Shown: piece by piece, positions 13,077 through 27,300 of the stretch | Layout of the letters: each line of letters opens with the position of its first letter | How positions within the stretch are numbered: the stretch's first letter is position 1 | Assembly: GCA_023515725.1 (NCBI GenBank) | Contig: JALDTO010000155.1 | Location: 283,147-347,146 of the forward strand | Direction: 5' to 3' | From: Amoeboaphelidium protococcarum X5 | Lineage: Eukaryota; Fungi; Aphelidiomycota | DNA length: 64,000 bases | Notes under the pieces: model-generated | The model's database searches: none | Seen by the model: the letters and a program-made list of their open reading frames with translations, nothing else | What the model was told of the DNA's origin: nothing | Program-made: the position numbers and the translations under genes

Positions 13077-14486
13077 ATGAGCGCATAGTTGAGACAAATG
13101 ACATCGGCCTTTGGTAGATCAAATGATCAGTCCACCGCGGCGGCACAGCAGCGCTCCAAGCAGGCTCAATTATCCCAATAAAATCGATAGCCCAATATCT
13201 CTTCAGTATTAAAGAAAGATGCTAATGGAAAGCCGATTCCTGGCACTAATGATGGTACACTGGTGCGTATCAGACTGTTTGATGACCGTGAACGAGTGCT
13301 CTTCTTCAGAGATAATCAGTCTCCTAATGCTGCCCAAGTCTGCACAATGATTGCCGAGAAATTGGATCTTAAAAAGGAGTCCCTTATGGCATTCAGCCTA
13401 TGGATTGTAGGACGTGATTTGGAATTGCAAATCCGCCCAAAGATGGAGCTGTCAGAGATGGTTGCCAAATGGCCGCGATATATGGAAAAGTATACTCACT
13501 CGCAAGATGTGGTAAATGCTACGGATTATAAATTCGTGTTTAAGCGAGAAGCGATGGTGTCTGTAATGTAAGAGAGGCAGATTGTTGACGAGGTGGCTAT
13601 CAAGCTTTTGTATGGCGAGGCTAGAAATAATGTCATTAGAGCTAGATATCCCGTGTCTTTGGACGATGGTATCAAGTTGGCCGCTATCTAGCTCTAGATC
13701 AATTACGGCGAGTACAATGAAGCCAAGCACGGATTTGGTACTAACTTTGTCTTGTAATCTTTATCTGCCCTACTGAGTCCAAATCTTATCAACAAACTAA
13801 AGTCTACTGATTGGGAGGCGAAGATTACCGCCAGTTGGTAGATGCTGCAGAGTAAACTGTAGAATTTGGCTGCAATTGGACCATATCTTTACTTTTTGGA
13901 GCATTGTCGCGAGTGGCCAGTCTATGGATGTACATTCTTCCCGGCGTGTAAGAACATTCCTCCATAGGGATACTTTGAATTGCGTTCTGATCATCTCTAT
14001 GTCGGCGTGAATGCTGAAGGTGTGTGCATTGTGGATGATGATCGACACAAGATCAGTTGGTCAGGCAAATTCGAAGGTCTCGAGTGGGAATGCACTCCTG
14101 ATAGTGTGACCATCGAGTACATGCCAGCTAAATCTGCGGATGGATTGCCACCAAAAAAGTTGGGCAGTACGTTGATCACTCCGCAGGCTCATTTGTTTGA
14201 TTCACTTGCATCAAGAGCCATTTATCTGATTGAAAAGGCGGAGAGAAAGCGTATCATTGAGCAGAAGAGAGCATCCGCGTTACAGACTCTTGAAGGTGGT
14301 CGCTAATCTGCTAATACTACTATTCAACCCAGCGCATCTGCTGACGCTAAGAGAAAGTCCACCTAGCCCGGCAATGTGACTCGTGTTAATGAAAGCTCTA
14401 CTATTGTTGAACACGATGGCGAAGATGCATCCGCCGGTTATCTGATGGCAATTAACGAAATTAGAAGACCAGCTTCAACTAAATGA
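13077..14486 (+). CDS. FERM-domain protein (FRMD8/KRIT-like) (469 aa)
   Basis: AFSLWIVGRDLELQIRP, FVFKRE, IKLLYGEARNNVIRARYP, LAAIQLQINYG, YFLEHCREWPVYGCTFF and LYVGVNAEGVCIVD map to the F1, F2 and F3 lobes. Confidence 0.85.
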
Positions 14487-14580
14487 TAAAACAGTAAAAG
14501 GATAAATTTTTACTTTATATAAAAACAAAAACACTTTTTGATTCACAATCACATCAAATTCATCATCATAAATAGCAATA

Positions 14581-16810
14581 TCAATTGTCCAAAGTCTCTA
14601 CGCTGCTACTCACAACTTCACCATTCTTGATGTCTGCGGCGAGATTGTCCAAAGTACCGGCACGCGTATCAAGATCACCAGCATTAGCGGATTTCTTAAT
14701 GTCTGGATTCATCAGGGCATCCTGTGATGTGAAATTAGAATCTTTCACTGCATTCTTGGCCTTCAACTCTTTCAGAAGCTACTACTTGTGTCTACGCTTC
14801 AGCAAGAACATTGCCACCGGTACAATGAACAGCAATGCAATAATGCCAGCAATTAAAGCGTATAGCCACTCTTTACTTGATGTACCAGCATCTTGAGGAG
14901 TAATTACGGGTGTATCACTTGGAGTACTTGTAGGAGCGACAGTTGTGGTGTTATCTTTCGGTATATCGACAGCCTATGGCATTAAATAAGTGTAAACGCA
15001 ACCTTCGACTGGAGCGCCAACAACAATAAATTAACTGTTCAGATCAAGTGCAAATCCAAAATGGTCAGCTAGGAATGAAGTATAATTATACCCTCCATCT
15101 TCATCGCTAACACTTTGTACCGGTCGCCTACTGGGATTGCCTTTTCTCAATCCAACCAGCAGGTCATAAAAATACGGCGACTAACTCTAACTCTGAGGGA
15201 TCATAGACTAAGTAATATTACTGAGCTCATAAGGAAACAAAGCCTCATTCTGAGCACGGCGATAGTACACGTAGACATTACCGCGACCAAGTTATTATTG
15301 AGCACCAGCAGCATTGGCAACAACCAAAAAGCGACCATTTGGAGCAAATTTCATGGTTCTACCAAATGAGGATTACGTGCGCTAAGTAGGCTATCTAGAT
15401 GGATTAAATATTTCTTATCCAGCATTCCACTATAGACCAGAGCTAGCAGAATAAAACGTAAAAAGCTTTGAGGAGCGTCTTGGTGCACCGATAGCAGTCA
15501 AAAATCTATCATATCTATGATCAAATGCAGACGTGATCCCAAGACCAAACCAGTCGTTACTTTCATCGAAATCTTGATCAAAAGAACTGAAAACTTAATC
15601 AGAACGAAAGAAACCGCCAATGGCATCGTCAAACTCGTACTGCATCACAATTCCGGCTCCATGCACAGTCTCAAACGTGCCATCTTCTCTCTGAACTCTT
15701 AAATAAGAACAATTTCTAGCAGGACAAAGTTGACCAAAATTCTGCGGCGTATCTTCAGATGGAATCACAAAATCTCTCATGAGCAAAGTCATGACTGGAA
15801 TATTCAAAGTACTTTTATCTCTAACCAGGACATCAAAATCCAAGCCAGACATTCCAAACGGAATAGAGCTTCGGGGACGAATCTACTACAGAAAATTAAA
15901 TATACCATTATAAGGATTCACAATACTGCCGCCAAGCTACTCTTTAGTTGGATCAAAATCCGGGCGAAGCAGACGGTAAACGTAGACTCCAGCGCGGGAA
16001 ACGTCAGTGATTGCACCAGCAGGAAATGATCCACTATCGACATTGTCTTAGTACGGCTAGGCTGAATAGAAATTCGTACTTGCACCATCCCAGCCAGCAT
16101 TTGCCGCAACAAAAAGAAAAGTACCCTCCACAGGCTCATACTTGAACATGACTTTAGATCCAAATTTATCCCAAAATCTAGACATTCCATTCGGATTAGG
16201 TATCTCACCAACGTATGTATAAGTTTCAGTGTTATCAAGCAAAATAAGCTTATAGATTCTAACTGCGCCGGCATACTCGTTAAATTATAATTATATAGTC
16301 TTTTGAGTGGAGTAAGATCTACCGGGAACTCCAACAGCCAGCCACTGTCCATCATCAGACAGACTGACACTGTATCCAAAAAGAGAATAAGCCTGATTAG
16401 GATAAGTACCATTGTTTGTATCTTGAACCATATTCACTGCTGTCCAGGTGACATTGGCAGGATATGAGGTGGGATCACGAGTAGCATTCACACTGATATT
16501 CTTCAAATCAAGCAAAGGAGTTGAGTATAAATGAACAGTAGCATCCCAAGGTTTACCAACAGCCTACATACAAATACATACACATATGATTAGTCAAAAG
16601 TAATCGAGAACCCAAAAATCATACCATGTAAGTATAACCATTACTAGATGCCTAACTGACAGAGATCGAGTACCCAAACATTCCACCTGGCCCAGTGTTC
16701 ACCTGACCATCACAGATTGGTTGAGTAAGAGGGGAGTACAATGACGCAGACAAGACATCAATGATCTGACTCTGGCTCACAATTATTAGAGCCAAAATGA
16801 GGTGCACCAT
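14581..16810 (-). CDS. Type I membrane protein with FG-GAP (integrin-alpha-like) beta-propeller repeats, intron 16564-16624 (722 aa)
   Basis: Signal peptide, then repeats FGYSISV..MAVGKP, FGYSVSLSDDGQWLAVGVPG, LGITSAF..TAIGAP, FGRTMKF and FGFALDL..IVVGAP. A Thr/Pro stalk precedes the TM WLYALIAGIIALLFIVPVAMFLL, then KRR and a ~70-aa tail. Confidence 0.82.
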
Positions 16811-17215
16811 ACTGATTTAACGTTGAATGAAACAGCAGATAGACAATCAATGATGTACACAGAGAAAAGAAAAGAAAATCAGATGTGAAACAATTCAACC
16901 ATTGACGGCTTCAACTTTAGAGACGGCTTACTGAAACAAAGCGACGTTCTCTCTTTACCGGTAAACACAAAGTTGATCGACTGATCCGAGAACAAATCCG
17001 TTCTGGCCTTTCTCATGCGCTCGTTCGCTCAGTGAGAGAGTAAAGATAGTAAAGATACTCTCCTCGGTTTTCCGTGCGAGATTAACGTTGCCGCTGTGGT
17101 TCGCCATCCCAACTTTCCTTTTATTCGGTGATGATAATTACGCGAAAAATATAAAGACACTATCATTTTGTATATTTTATACCTGGTTACATACTTTAAA
17201 AGAATCATAATTGCA

Positions 17216-18496
17216 ATGAATACAGATAACGGATTGGATATTGTGATGGATAGTTTGGAGAAGATGGAGGAGGCGATCTGGGAGGTGGAGTCTGATGTTG
17301 ACGCCAAAGACTTTGTCCTTAAAAAGGCATCTGACGCGTCGCCAAAGGATTAACCACAGACTGAAAAAGAGACTGCCGGTTGGGGAGAAAAAGTACCAAG
17401 TAAAGACGCTCAGAAGGATGGCGCTGATGTAGATATGGATCGTGATAGAGGAAGATCGCGCTCACCTACGCGTGGACAGTAGCCACAGTAATCAGGTACG
17501 GCCATCTTTGTTGGCAATCTACCGTATAGAACTGATGAGAGAGATTTGAGGGAACGATTCTCTTAGTATGGTGAGATAGTTCATGCCGTAGTACCTACTA
17601 ATAGGGATGGTCGATCAAAAGGCTTTGGCGTAATCGAATACAAAGAAAGCAGTGCTGCTGCTGAGGCGATCAAGGCTATGCATGAGACTGATTTTATGGG
17701 TAGAAAGATTTTCGTTAGGGAAGATCTTGATAGTAAATCGCGTCCATCTGCAGGTAGATCTCGTGAAAGATATCCTGAAGCTAGGGATCGTCATTAGTAT
17801 AGAAACGATGGTGGTCGCTATGAAAGTCATGGTAGAAGTGGACATTTTGATGAGCGCGAGTCTGATTATTACCGCGGCAGTAAGACCTTAAAATCAGGTT
17901 GAAATTTTATACTGATATTTTTTCTATGTGTAGGGCGCTCTGATTATGCTTATTCAAATGAACAAAAATATACTGTTGATAGAGATTATTACGATAGATA
18001 CGCTTACGGTGGTTATCGAGGTGCGGAAAGAGCAGATTACTATCCTCCACCGTCATCGCGTTACGGTGACTGTTCTCGAGATAGCTATTATGGCAATTCC
18101 CGTGCAGTTGAAGATTATGGATCGCGCCGAAGCTTAGGTAAGAACGTGTTGGTTGTGGAGAATCTGCCACCTTAATTCAACTCTGGGGATCTCTGGGACT
18201 TGTTTGCCAGAACAGGCAAGTTGGTTCAAGCAGATATTGAGCCGTCCTAAAGAGGCGATTTAAGGTCCGGTCGTATTGGCATTGTCGAGTATTAAAAAGA
18301 AAATGATATGAAACGTGCTTAGCGAGAAATGGATGGCCTTAAAGTACTGGGTTGTAAGCTCCGTGTTCAAATGGGAAGTGATAGAGGCGATAGCCGTCAG
18401 GATGAACGCCTTGATGACGACCGCAGGTATGAAAGAGGATATGAAGGCCGTAGAAATGAATATCGCGATCATGACTATCGTGCCAGATCTCCTTGA
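17216..18496 (+). CDS. Two-RRM, RS/RD-rich RNA-binding protein (Gbp2/Hrb1 or SR-like), one intron ending at 17933
   Basis: RNP2 IFVGNLP, RNP1 KGFGVIEY, GRKIFVRED and a second RRM LVVENLP. The donor is 17880 or 17898, both in the same phase. Confidence 0.85.
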
Positions 18497-18701
18497 ATAT
18501 TATTCATGTAATCAAACTAAATATATAGTGTATTTCTAATATTGGGGTTCACTTTCGTTACTTTTGTTGCACTTTGGATCTGATTGAATCTCAAGTCCCC
18601 TTGTCACGTTCTACCGCGCACTAAGAGTTCATGGGATCCAGGATGAGCACCCCGAATATCGTGTTTTCTATTTCCAAAGCTACCAATAATCAATAAGTAA
18701 T

Positions 18702-19628
18702 ATGCAGCATAAACGATAGAGACTTTATATAGTGGTGGTTAGCTTGTTTGGTTTTCTTTCTTACGGTTTACCACAGAGTGGCACATCCGTTGGCAATTCA
18801 ATTGGCAGTGTCAGAGTTGATCCTGGGTCACATCTTGAGCTGAAAATTGGTAATTCAGAAAATAGCGGCACATCATACACGTTCACAGGCAATGAGACTG
18901 CATCATAATCTAGTGGGCCGTAGTAAGCTATGGCTCAAGGTAGTTAGAATCCTTTACCTCCACGGCCACCTGTCGCGACTGCTCCAAGCACTATATTCGT
19001 CCCAGGCGATGGAGATGCAGGCGGTAAAAGTAATGGAATATAGAATGTTAAAGCTGGCAATAACTCCACAGTAACTAATCATATTGGCAACAGTGATTAA
19101 ACTAACTAAAATGTTTAAAATAATGTGCTCCCTTCCGCGTAGGCTCCTCCTGTGCACAAATCTGGAAGTAATATCACCATGCCCAACATTATGAACAATA
19201 CTGGCTCCGTAAATACTACGCTCAATGCATAGACATATAATAATGATTCGTAGGTGAAAAGTACAGAGTACTCTGTTGGCAATACCACCACTGGAGATAG
19301 CGCGAATATTACTAATAATGTCGGTACTACCTCGACACATAACGCGAATAATATAACGGAACATAATGTCTTCTACTAGAATATATCAGCCAATGCTCGT
19401 GATATGACATCTTTTATTGATCCTCAATATTAGCAGTCGCTGATACGAGAGTTTCTATCGGCTCTAACGGGGGTTTCGGGCTCAGTGTCATCATTGGTGA
19501 TTAGATTTGGAAGTCCCGTTGGAAATTCGTACGCCGAGTAAACAAGCGCTGGCTCGCTATAATATTCTACTGCGTATCTTTATGGTATTTTATACGCACA
19601 GATCATAGCCCTATTAGTATTGATATGA
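18702..19628 (+). CDS. Secreted Asn/Ser/Thr/Gly-rich protein, probable GPI anchor (308 aa)
   Basis: N-terminal hydrophobic signal LYIVVVSLFGFLSYG, low-complexity body with many NxS/T sites, and hydrophobic end AYLYGILYAQIIALLVLI directly before TGA. Confidence 0.7.
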
Positions 19629-19863
19629 ATAATTGTTGCAATAGAGACATTCAGTTGTAAAGATATTGAGCACGACGCGGTTCCCTTTGTATCAGCCTTT
19701 GAAACACTTCAGACACATGGCGCTGAAACGGCAATAACACGCGCATTCGTTTCAACATCAGAAATTTGGTTTCAATTCTGAGATATCAAATGCCCTGCAC
19801 AATTTCATCTTCCATTTCCATTAAAATTATCTAATTAACTTCTTATCCAACTGAGAATAAAGT

Positions 19864-20929
<1,066 letters not shown>

Positions 20930-21101
20930 GTACAATCAGCGCGATATCCGTGGCCACTTTACATAAGCTGTAGATCGTGAGCCTCATGACGAATAATTTA
21001 AGTTTTGCGTCTTTAAAATACAACTTTGTACTTACTATCATCTTTAAACAGCATACCTATTTTTTCACAGCAAGGCGATGTTACATCGAAATTCAGAAAA
21101 A

Positions 21102-21710
21102 TCAGTCTCTTTCATTGCCAACATTAGATTGCAAGTAATTAGTCATGTTATTTCCAAGTGTAGCATAATTATCTTAAGCTTACGGTGCATTATTTATTGA
21201 TACAGAGCCACGTTGAGCATTTGCTTCTTCACGAGGCACGATATCAATAAGGAAATCGTAAACATCATTTTTACTGATTGCAGTGGCAATATCAGATCTT
21301 TGCAAAGTTCTTCTCTTATTTTCTTCAGTGTGAATCCAGCTACGCATTGTCAATTCTAATATGAAAATCTCACAGGCTTTAGCTAATAGAGCAGGTGCCT
21401 CTCCACTGATCATCATCTTCGACTTGGTATCCTCTTCCGCTTTCATCACCTTCTTCACTCTGGCAAGGGGTAGAGTGTGACTCTTTACAATAGCCTTTGG
21501 ATCGGTGACTTGAATTTCATGCATCGTGTTCTACCAGAACTGATTAATTATGCTCAACTAAGATGGCTAATAGTAGCCAGCATGAGGATTTTGCACCAGA
21601 CCATGCGGCATACCAATCACTTGGTTTTAGTCAAATCTCATCTGAGGCTGTTACAGCGGCATTTGAGGCATAAAATCCTTTTACTCTTGCTAATCTTTAC
21701 GGAAATTCAT
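21102..21710 (-). CDS. HAP5: CCAAT-binding factor subunit NF-YC/Hap5 (202 aa)
   Basis: Histone fold [11 protein letters not shown]...[42 protein letters not shown]...DFLIDIVPR, with a Gln-rich N-terminus. Confidence 0.95.
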
Positions 21711-22328
21711 AATTTACTCTGACTCTGATATAATATATATACTGAATATGTGAGGTTAACAAGAAGTAAATAAGAAAAGATGTGGTCATGGTGAAGACTG
21801 GCTGGAACAGCAGCTGTGAAATCAATCAATAAAACAAACAAACATTCAGATGTGACCTACTTATGCTGTGTAACGAACACAAGGCGCTGATCATTAAGTC
21901 ACGGTACTGGCTGACCGCAAGAATCTGCTATATTTCATGACAACTAAGTAATTGACTCGTCTATAAGCGCGTTAAGCTACATAATTCTTTTAGTTTGACT
22001 CGTACTTACTCATCTTAGCATCAACGCAAAAAGGCCATGGAAGACCAAAATCGTGATAGCCAGCGATCTCAAAAAGAGTCAGAGTGACCCACACACAATC
22101 AGCAAATATTTAGGGTGACTACAAAGAGCTAAGCTTAAGTGTAGAAGTGTAAACCAATTTGCCTAAAGTAAATGTGTTTTGAATGTTTAACTATCGAAAA
22201 TTAGCGCTCATATCGTCTTAGTAGACTAGCCATTGTTGACCTTCTTTCAGCAAAATTCTCTATTGATCGAAAACTATTGTATCCTAGTTTAAAAAATTGG
22301 ATTTCAATGATCATTAGAACTAGTTTAT

Positions 22329-23913
22329 TCAATATAAGGAGCTAAATAGACGATGTTTCAATGCATCAACGGCACTCAATATCTTACCATCACATAAAAA
22401 CTACATCAATTCCAAAAGTTCTGGTGTTTTATCCACGGCATGCAGCCTTTCTGACATTAAGTTTCCCACTTGCATTAGATCATGAAGAGGAATTAGCTTC
22501 TGACTCGATTTTGTAGCTGAATGAAAGTTCCAATTTACATAAGTCGTTTCGAGCTTCCTAGAATGATCAAAGTCAATTAGCATCCAAAATACATTATCAA
22601 CTGATGTAGGAACATATACATTGTTAGTCCATCTTGTATCTCCATGACACCATCCCTGTGAATGCCAAATGCTTAAAGCACGAAGAACAGAACGAATTAC
22701 CTCCACAAGTTCACCTAAATCCTTGGGAACAGTTTAAAATCCCAAAGGCCCCAGGTGAGCTCGAATTGAACTAGAGTAAACTTTCAATTTCTGAACTCTG
22801 ATCATATGCAAAGATTAGGCGTCTCCAGGAATGCTTCTAAGGCATTCATAAATATAAATTTCAGCAAGTCTCTGTAAGTTTTCCACTGATACTCCAGAAG
22901 TCTTTTTCACAATATCACAATCAGCAAATTCAAGAACAACACCATCAGATCTATCGACAGATTGATATGCTTGAACAAAAAAATTTGCCCACTGAGGAGG
23001 CCAGTACTTTGGAAACACCTAAAAAACACGCACTAAATTAACAGCAATCTTGAATACTTAAGCGCATTGATCAATGATTCTCAAGTCCAATGTTTTACTA
23101 AGAGAAACAAGCTAATGAGCTTTTGTGATTGCGAAAAACTGAATCTCAGACCCAGCAGTGGCAAAGCCAATAATGTAATCTAAAGATCCATAAGTCAGAA
23201 CACTCCAACCACTAGACAAGTTTTGGACCAATTCTTCTGTTGAAGTTCTAAAATTAGCCAAATCACTCTTATGCTCCCCTTTCATAACCAAAAGATGATT
23301 ATCCATGAATACCAAATAATCTGGTCTTTAAAGTCGCGTCGTAGTTCCCACAATGTCTATCGAATATCTCTAGGTATCTATTTCAATTCCTCTACAATTG
23401 GATATGATTTTTAAAGGCATTGTAATTAACGTATCATGCACAAAGTGCCAACATTCCTCAGAGGCTGTAGCAGAAGGAAAGTTGTTTATGCATAGTCACT
23501 ATTCCACCACAAATATGACCTAGCTCGGAACAAAACACGGCGTTTGCACTATGTTGATCATTAAATATCCCAGGTAAGACATCATAACTGCCATCATTTA
23601 GAAAAAATGGAAGAGGACCATTCAGTACGCTTCCTAAAACTTCTGCCTAAGGAAGAGACTCCAGTTCAGGCCAAATATATTTACCAACGAGCTCAACAGC
23701 CGCAACATTATGGTAATCGAGCTGAGGTGAAATATGGAGGTGGTTGTAAATGTCGATGCCAGGCGCAACGCCCGCAATCTCTTTCCAGTCGTCTTTCGAA
23801 CTAGTCGTCATATCTTCAATTGTTGTTATACCCTGCTCCAATTCATTGGCAATCGCATTGAGCTACTTCCTTTTCAATAACGCAAGCAAAGAGTCTTTGG
23901 TTGGCGTAGTCAT
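22329..23913 (-). pseudogene. Crinkler-type effector-like gene (helical header, PD-(D/E)xK nuclease-like domain, atypical kinase) with a frame discontinuity near 23465-23520
   Basis: SEECWHFVHD...RPDYLVFMD..LVMKGEHK (REase-like) and WCHGDTRWTN...WMLIDFD (kinase-like). The ATG-to-TGA span of 1585 nt is not a multiple of 3, so there is either a frameshift or an atypical 55-nt intron. Confidence 0.65.
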
Positions 23914-24394
23914 GTCTGAGCTTTATCAAGAAGAATTTTCTGGAGGTCAATTGTTGCATTCTAACCTTGACCTCAAGTTCAAAGGCATGAAACACGCCTA
24001 GCCCACTTCCATCTGAGTCGCGTAATATGGCGTCATGATATAAGTAGACTGAATTAGCTCTGCGGATTGAATCTGATTTACAAGATGAATTACAATTCAT
24101 TTTAAACAACGCCCAGCCTGTAATATTAATAACAAAGTATGTCATGGCAATGGACAGGATTATGATGGGCATCGAATGGATCAAACAAACCGATTGTTTC
24201 AACTAAACGACGGCGACCATTCAATTGAAGTCGGCCGGAACAGTTGATGACCTGAAGTTTGGATCACCCACCCACTTTCTTTGGTACATCTATTACATCA
24301 CTTTGTCATCTCCTTACTTATTGTTTGATATAATATACCAAGAGTCTACTGTTAATTAATCGTATCATAGATAGAATAGAAGATAGAAGGAGAA

Positions 24395-27300
24395 ATGAGT
24401 AACAATTAGTAGACTTCTCACTCCTAGTCAACGTATAAGTTTTCGATAAGTAATGCGAAGAGGATAATTTTCTAGGACAACAAGTCCTACGCTGGCTCTA
24501 TGCATTCGTCAAATGTCTTTTTCGCTCGTCCTCGTATGGTCACTGTGAATGTCCCATTACCTTCTGATTAACTGCACAGCCGAGATGCTAACAAGGAGCT
24601 GTACATCCCATAGTAGTAGTATACGAATAATAAAATCCGGACATCCAAGTATTCCCTACTCACCTTCATCCCCAAGAATTTGTTTGAACAGTTCAGAAGA
24701 GTCGCCAATACTTTCTTTCTGATGCTGGTCATTTTGTAGGCGTTCCCTCTGTTTGCCACGGTGAATATTGGTGTCGCTGCGTTTCCCATCATGTTCATTG
24801 TCTTTGTCACCGCGCTAAAGGATGCCGTGGAGGATTACAAGAGATGGACCGTGGACAAGGTGACGAATAATCGCACATGTCTCTCGCTCAGTGCCGAGTG
24901 GAAGAATTGGAATCTGCCAGATCTGGAGCACTCGGGCCTTCTTGGTTACTCGACGATGTTGAAACACAAAATTTTGGCTCGTTTGAATGGCGGTAAAGCT
25001 GGAGAGGATTCAGCATCATCACCGGTTGATGCCGAGATTGAGGGTGCAAATTTGATTTAAGATTATGATTGGGTCTCTAAACGATGGGAAGATATCAGAG
25101 TCGGTGACATTATAAAACTGGTTAATGATGACCCGCTACCGGCTGATCTAATCTTGTTATCAACGTCTGAGCCCGATTGTATCGCTTATATTGAGACTAA
25201 GAATCTCGATGGTGAATCCAATTTGAAGTTGAGACAAGGCGCGATTGAAACTTATCAGTATTAGTCTGCACAGTAAGTTGGGAAAAAGTTGAGATGTGTG
25301 ATTGACAGTGAGCCGCCTACCACGAACATGTTGCGGTACCAGGCCACAATGACCCTGTATCCTCAAGAGATGGAAATGGATCAAATCATGCAGACACTGG
25401 AGAAGAGCAAGGCCAGAGCCTAGATGTTGAGTACAATAGATTCCGCAGTCAGTCAGTCAGGACCTAGTATTAAGAGAATCCCGATTGATATTAATGGTGT
25501 CCTGTTAAGAGGCACTGTACTTAGGAACACCAATTGGGCGGTTGGAGTTGTGGTGTTCACTGGAGATGATACCAAGTAGATGCTTAATTCTGGTAAGACT
25601 CCATCGAAACGTTCCAAGGTGGAAAAGATTATGAATCCACATGTTGCATTCAATTTGTTCTTCATGTTGGCTCTATGTTTGGTCTGCGCCGCTGCTTACA
25701 CTAGCTGGGCAAGATAGTTTGATATTGATAGTTCTTTCCTATATGGTGCGATATCATCGAATCCTTCAGTTGATGGCCTGGTCAATTTCTTTGCCTGTCT
25801 TATCTTATTTTAGAATATTGTGCCCATATCATTGTATATCAGTGTGGAGATTGTGAAGACAATTTAAGCCTTCTTCATCTATTAGGATCTGGATCTGTAT
25901 TATGCAGTTAATGACACGCCGTGTAATCCCAAGAGTTGGAATTTGGCTGATAATCTGGGTCAGATTGAGTATATATTCTCTGATAAAACTGGTACATTGA
26001 CCAGGAATATCATGGAGTTCAAGAAGGTGTGCATTGATGGCAAAGTGTATGATGGTTCTGCGAGAGCTGACAGTCTATCCAGTCTTAATTAGAGTTTGAA
26101 GTTGGCAAGTCCTACCGGCAAGTCTCCCCCTTATCACGCAAAGAAGTTGAGTTCTAGTCAGTTGTCATTTAAGGCCAATTGGATTGAAGGTGTGAGAGAA
26201 TCGTAAGCTCAAAGGGAAGTTACCAAAAGTTTGAATCAGCTTCCACTGCCTAGAGATAATCTATCTCCTCATTCAGCAGCACTTGAAGGTGGCACTCCTA
26301 GAAAAGGCCATAAGCGAGGTATGAGTACATAGTCTGGAAAGGGCGGTGCTAGTATAAAGGATCGTTTTCGTCGTCTCTCGTCATAGAACTAAAAGCAAAC
26401 TGAGATTGATATTATGGGGGACGATGAGATTGAAATGGCTGAGAAGAACCCGGATTCTGTTGCAGTAGAAAAGACTAGCAGTTCATGGGTGGATGAGAAT
26501 ATTGAGTCATTTCTCACCCTACCAGAGTTCATGGGCACCACTCATAGTCAGGTGATTAGGGACTTTTTCACTCTGATGGCCGTTTGTCATACCGTGCTTG
26601 TTGAGGATAAGAGCGAGTCTGCGAATAGTGGCACCTTAAATTCTAATGGGAGTAGCGCTGGTGGAGGTAGCGGTAGTAATAACAATAGTCTGAAGAGACC
26701 AGATACACCTCAATTTGATGGTAGAGATCTCACGCAGAAGCCGAAAGTTATTGCATATAAGGCCCAATCGCCTGATGAGGCATGTCTAGTTACCACAGCA
26801 GCAGAGAATGGGTTTGTATTTAAAGGCAGAGAGCACAATAATGTCACTGAGGCTAATGAGATCCTGCTTGAGATTCTTGGTAAAGAGTAGAGATATTAAC
26901 TTTTGAACATTTTAGAGTTTGATAGTGATCGCAAGAGAATGAGTGTTATTGTACGCGTAGCTGGGTCTTTTGATTAAAATAAATACGAGCTTGATGATGT
27001 TGGTAATAAAGGGCGGTCCGATGATAACAAGGGTGATGTTATTCTGTTTTGTAAAGGAGCTGATTCTATCATTTTTGACAGATTAATGTCTGGGTAGTCA
27101 GACATTGTTGAGAGGACTGCCAAGTGCCTTGAAGAATTTGCTCAAGAAGGTCTTCGTACTCTATGCTTGGCTTATCGTAAACTGCCTGAAGAGCTATATC
27201 AGTCCTGGGCTTCTAGGTATCTCGAAATCTAGACATAGATATTTCCAGATCCGAGCTCCCGATCCAGAGCACTTGAAAAGTTGAATGATGAAGTGGAGAC

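Noticed and set aside
14581-14800. Canonical integrin cytoplasmic motifs (GFFKR, NPxY)
   Set aside because: The tail has FLLKRR and NPDI, neither of which matches exactly, so the protein is not called a true integrin.
21711-22328. Possible ncRNA or transposon end in the gap beside the Crinkler-like gene
   Set aside because: Only a short duplicated TTGACTCGT was seen. No terminal inverted repeat, tRNA fold or known RNA motif could be supported.
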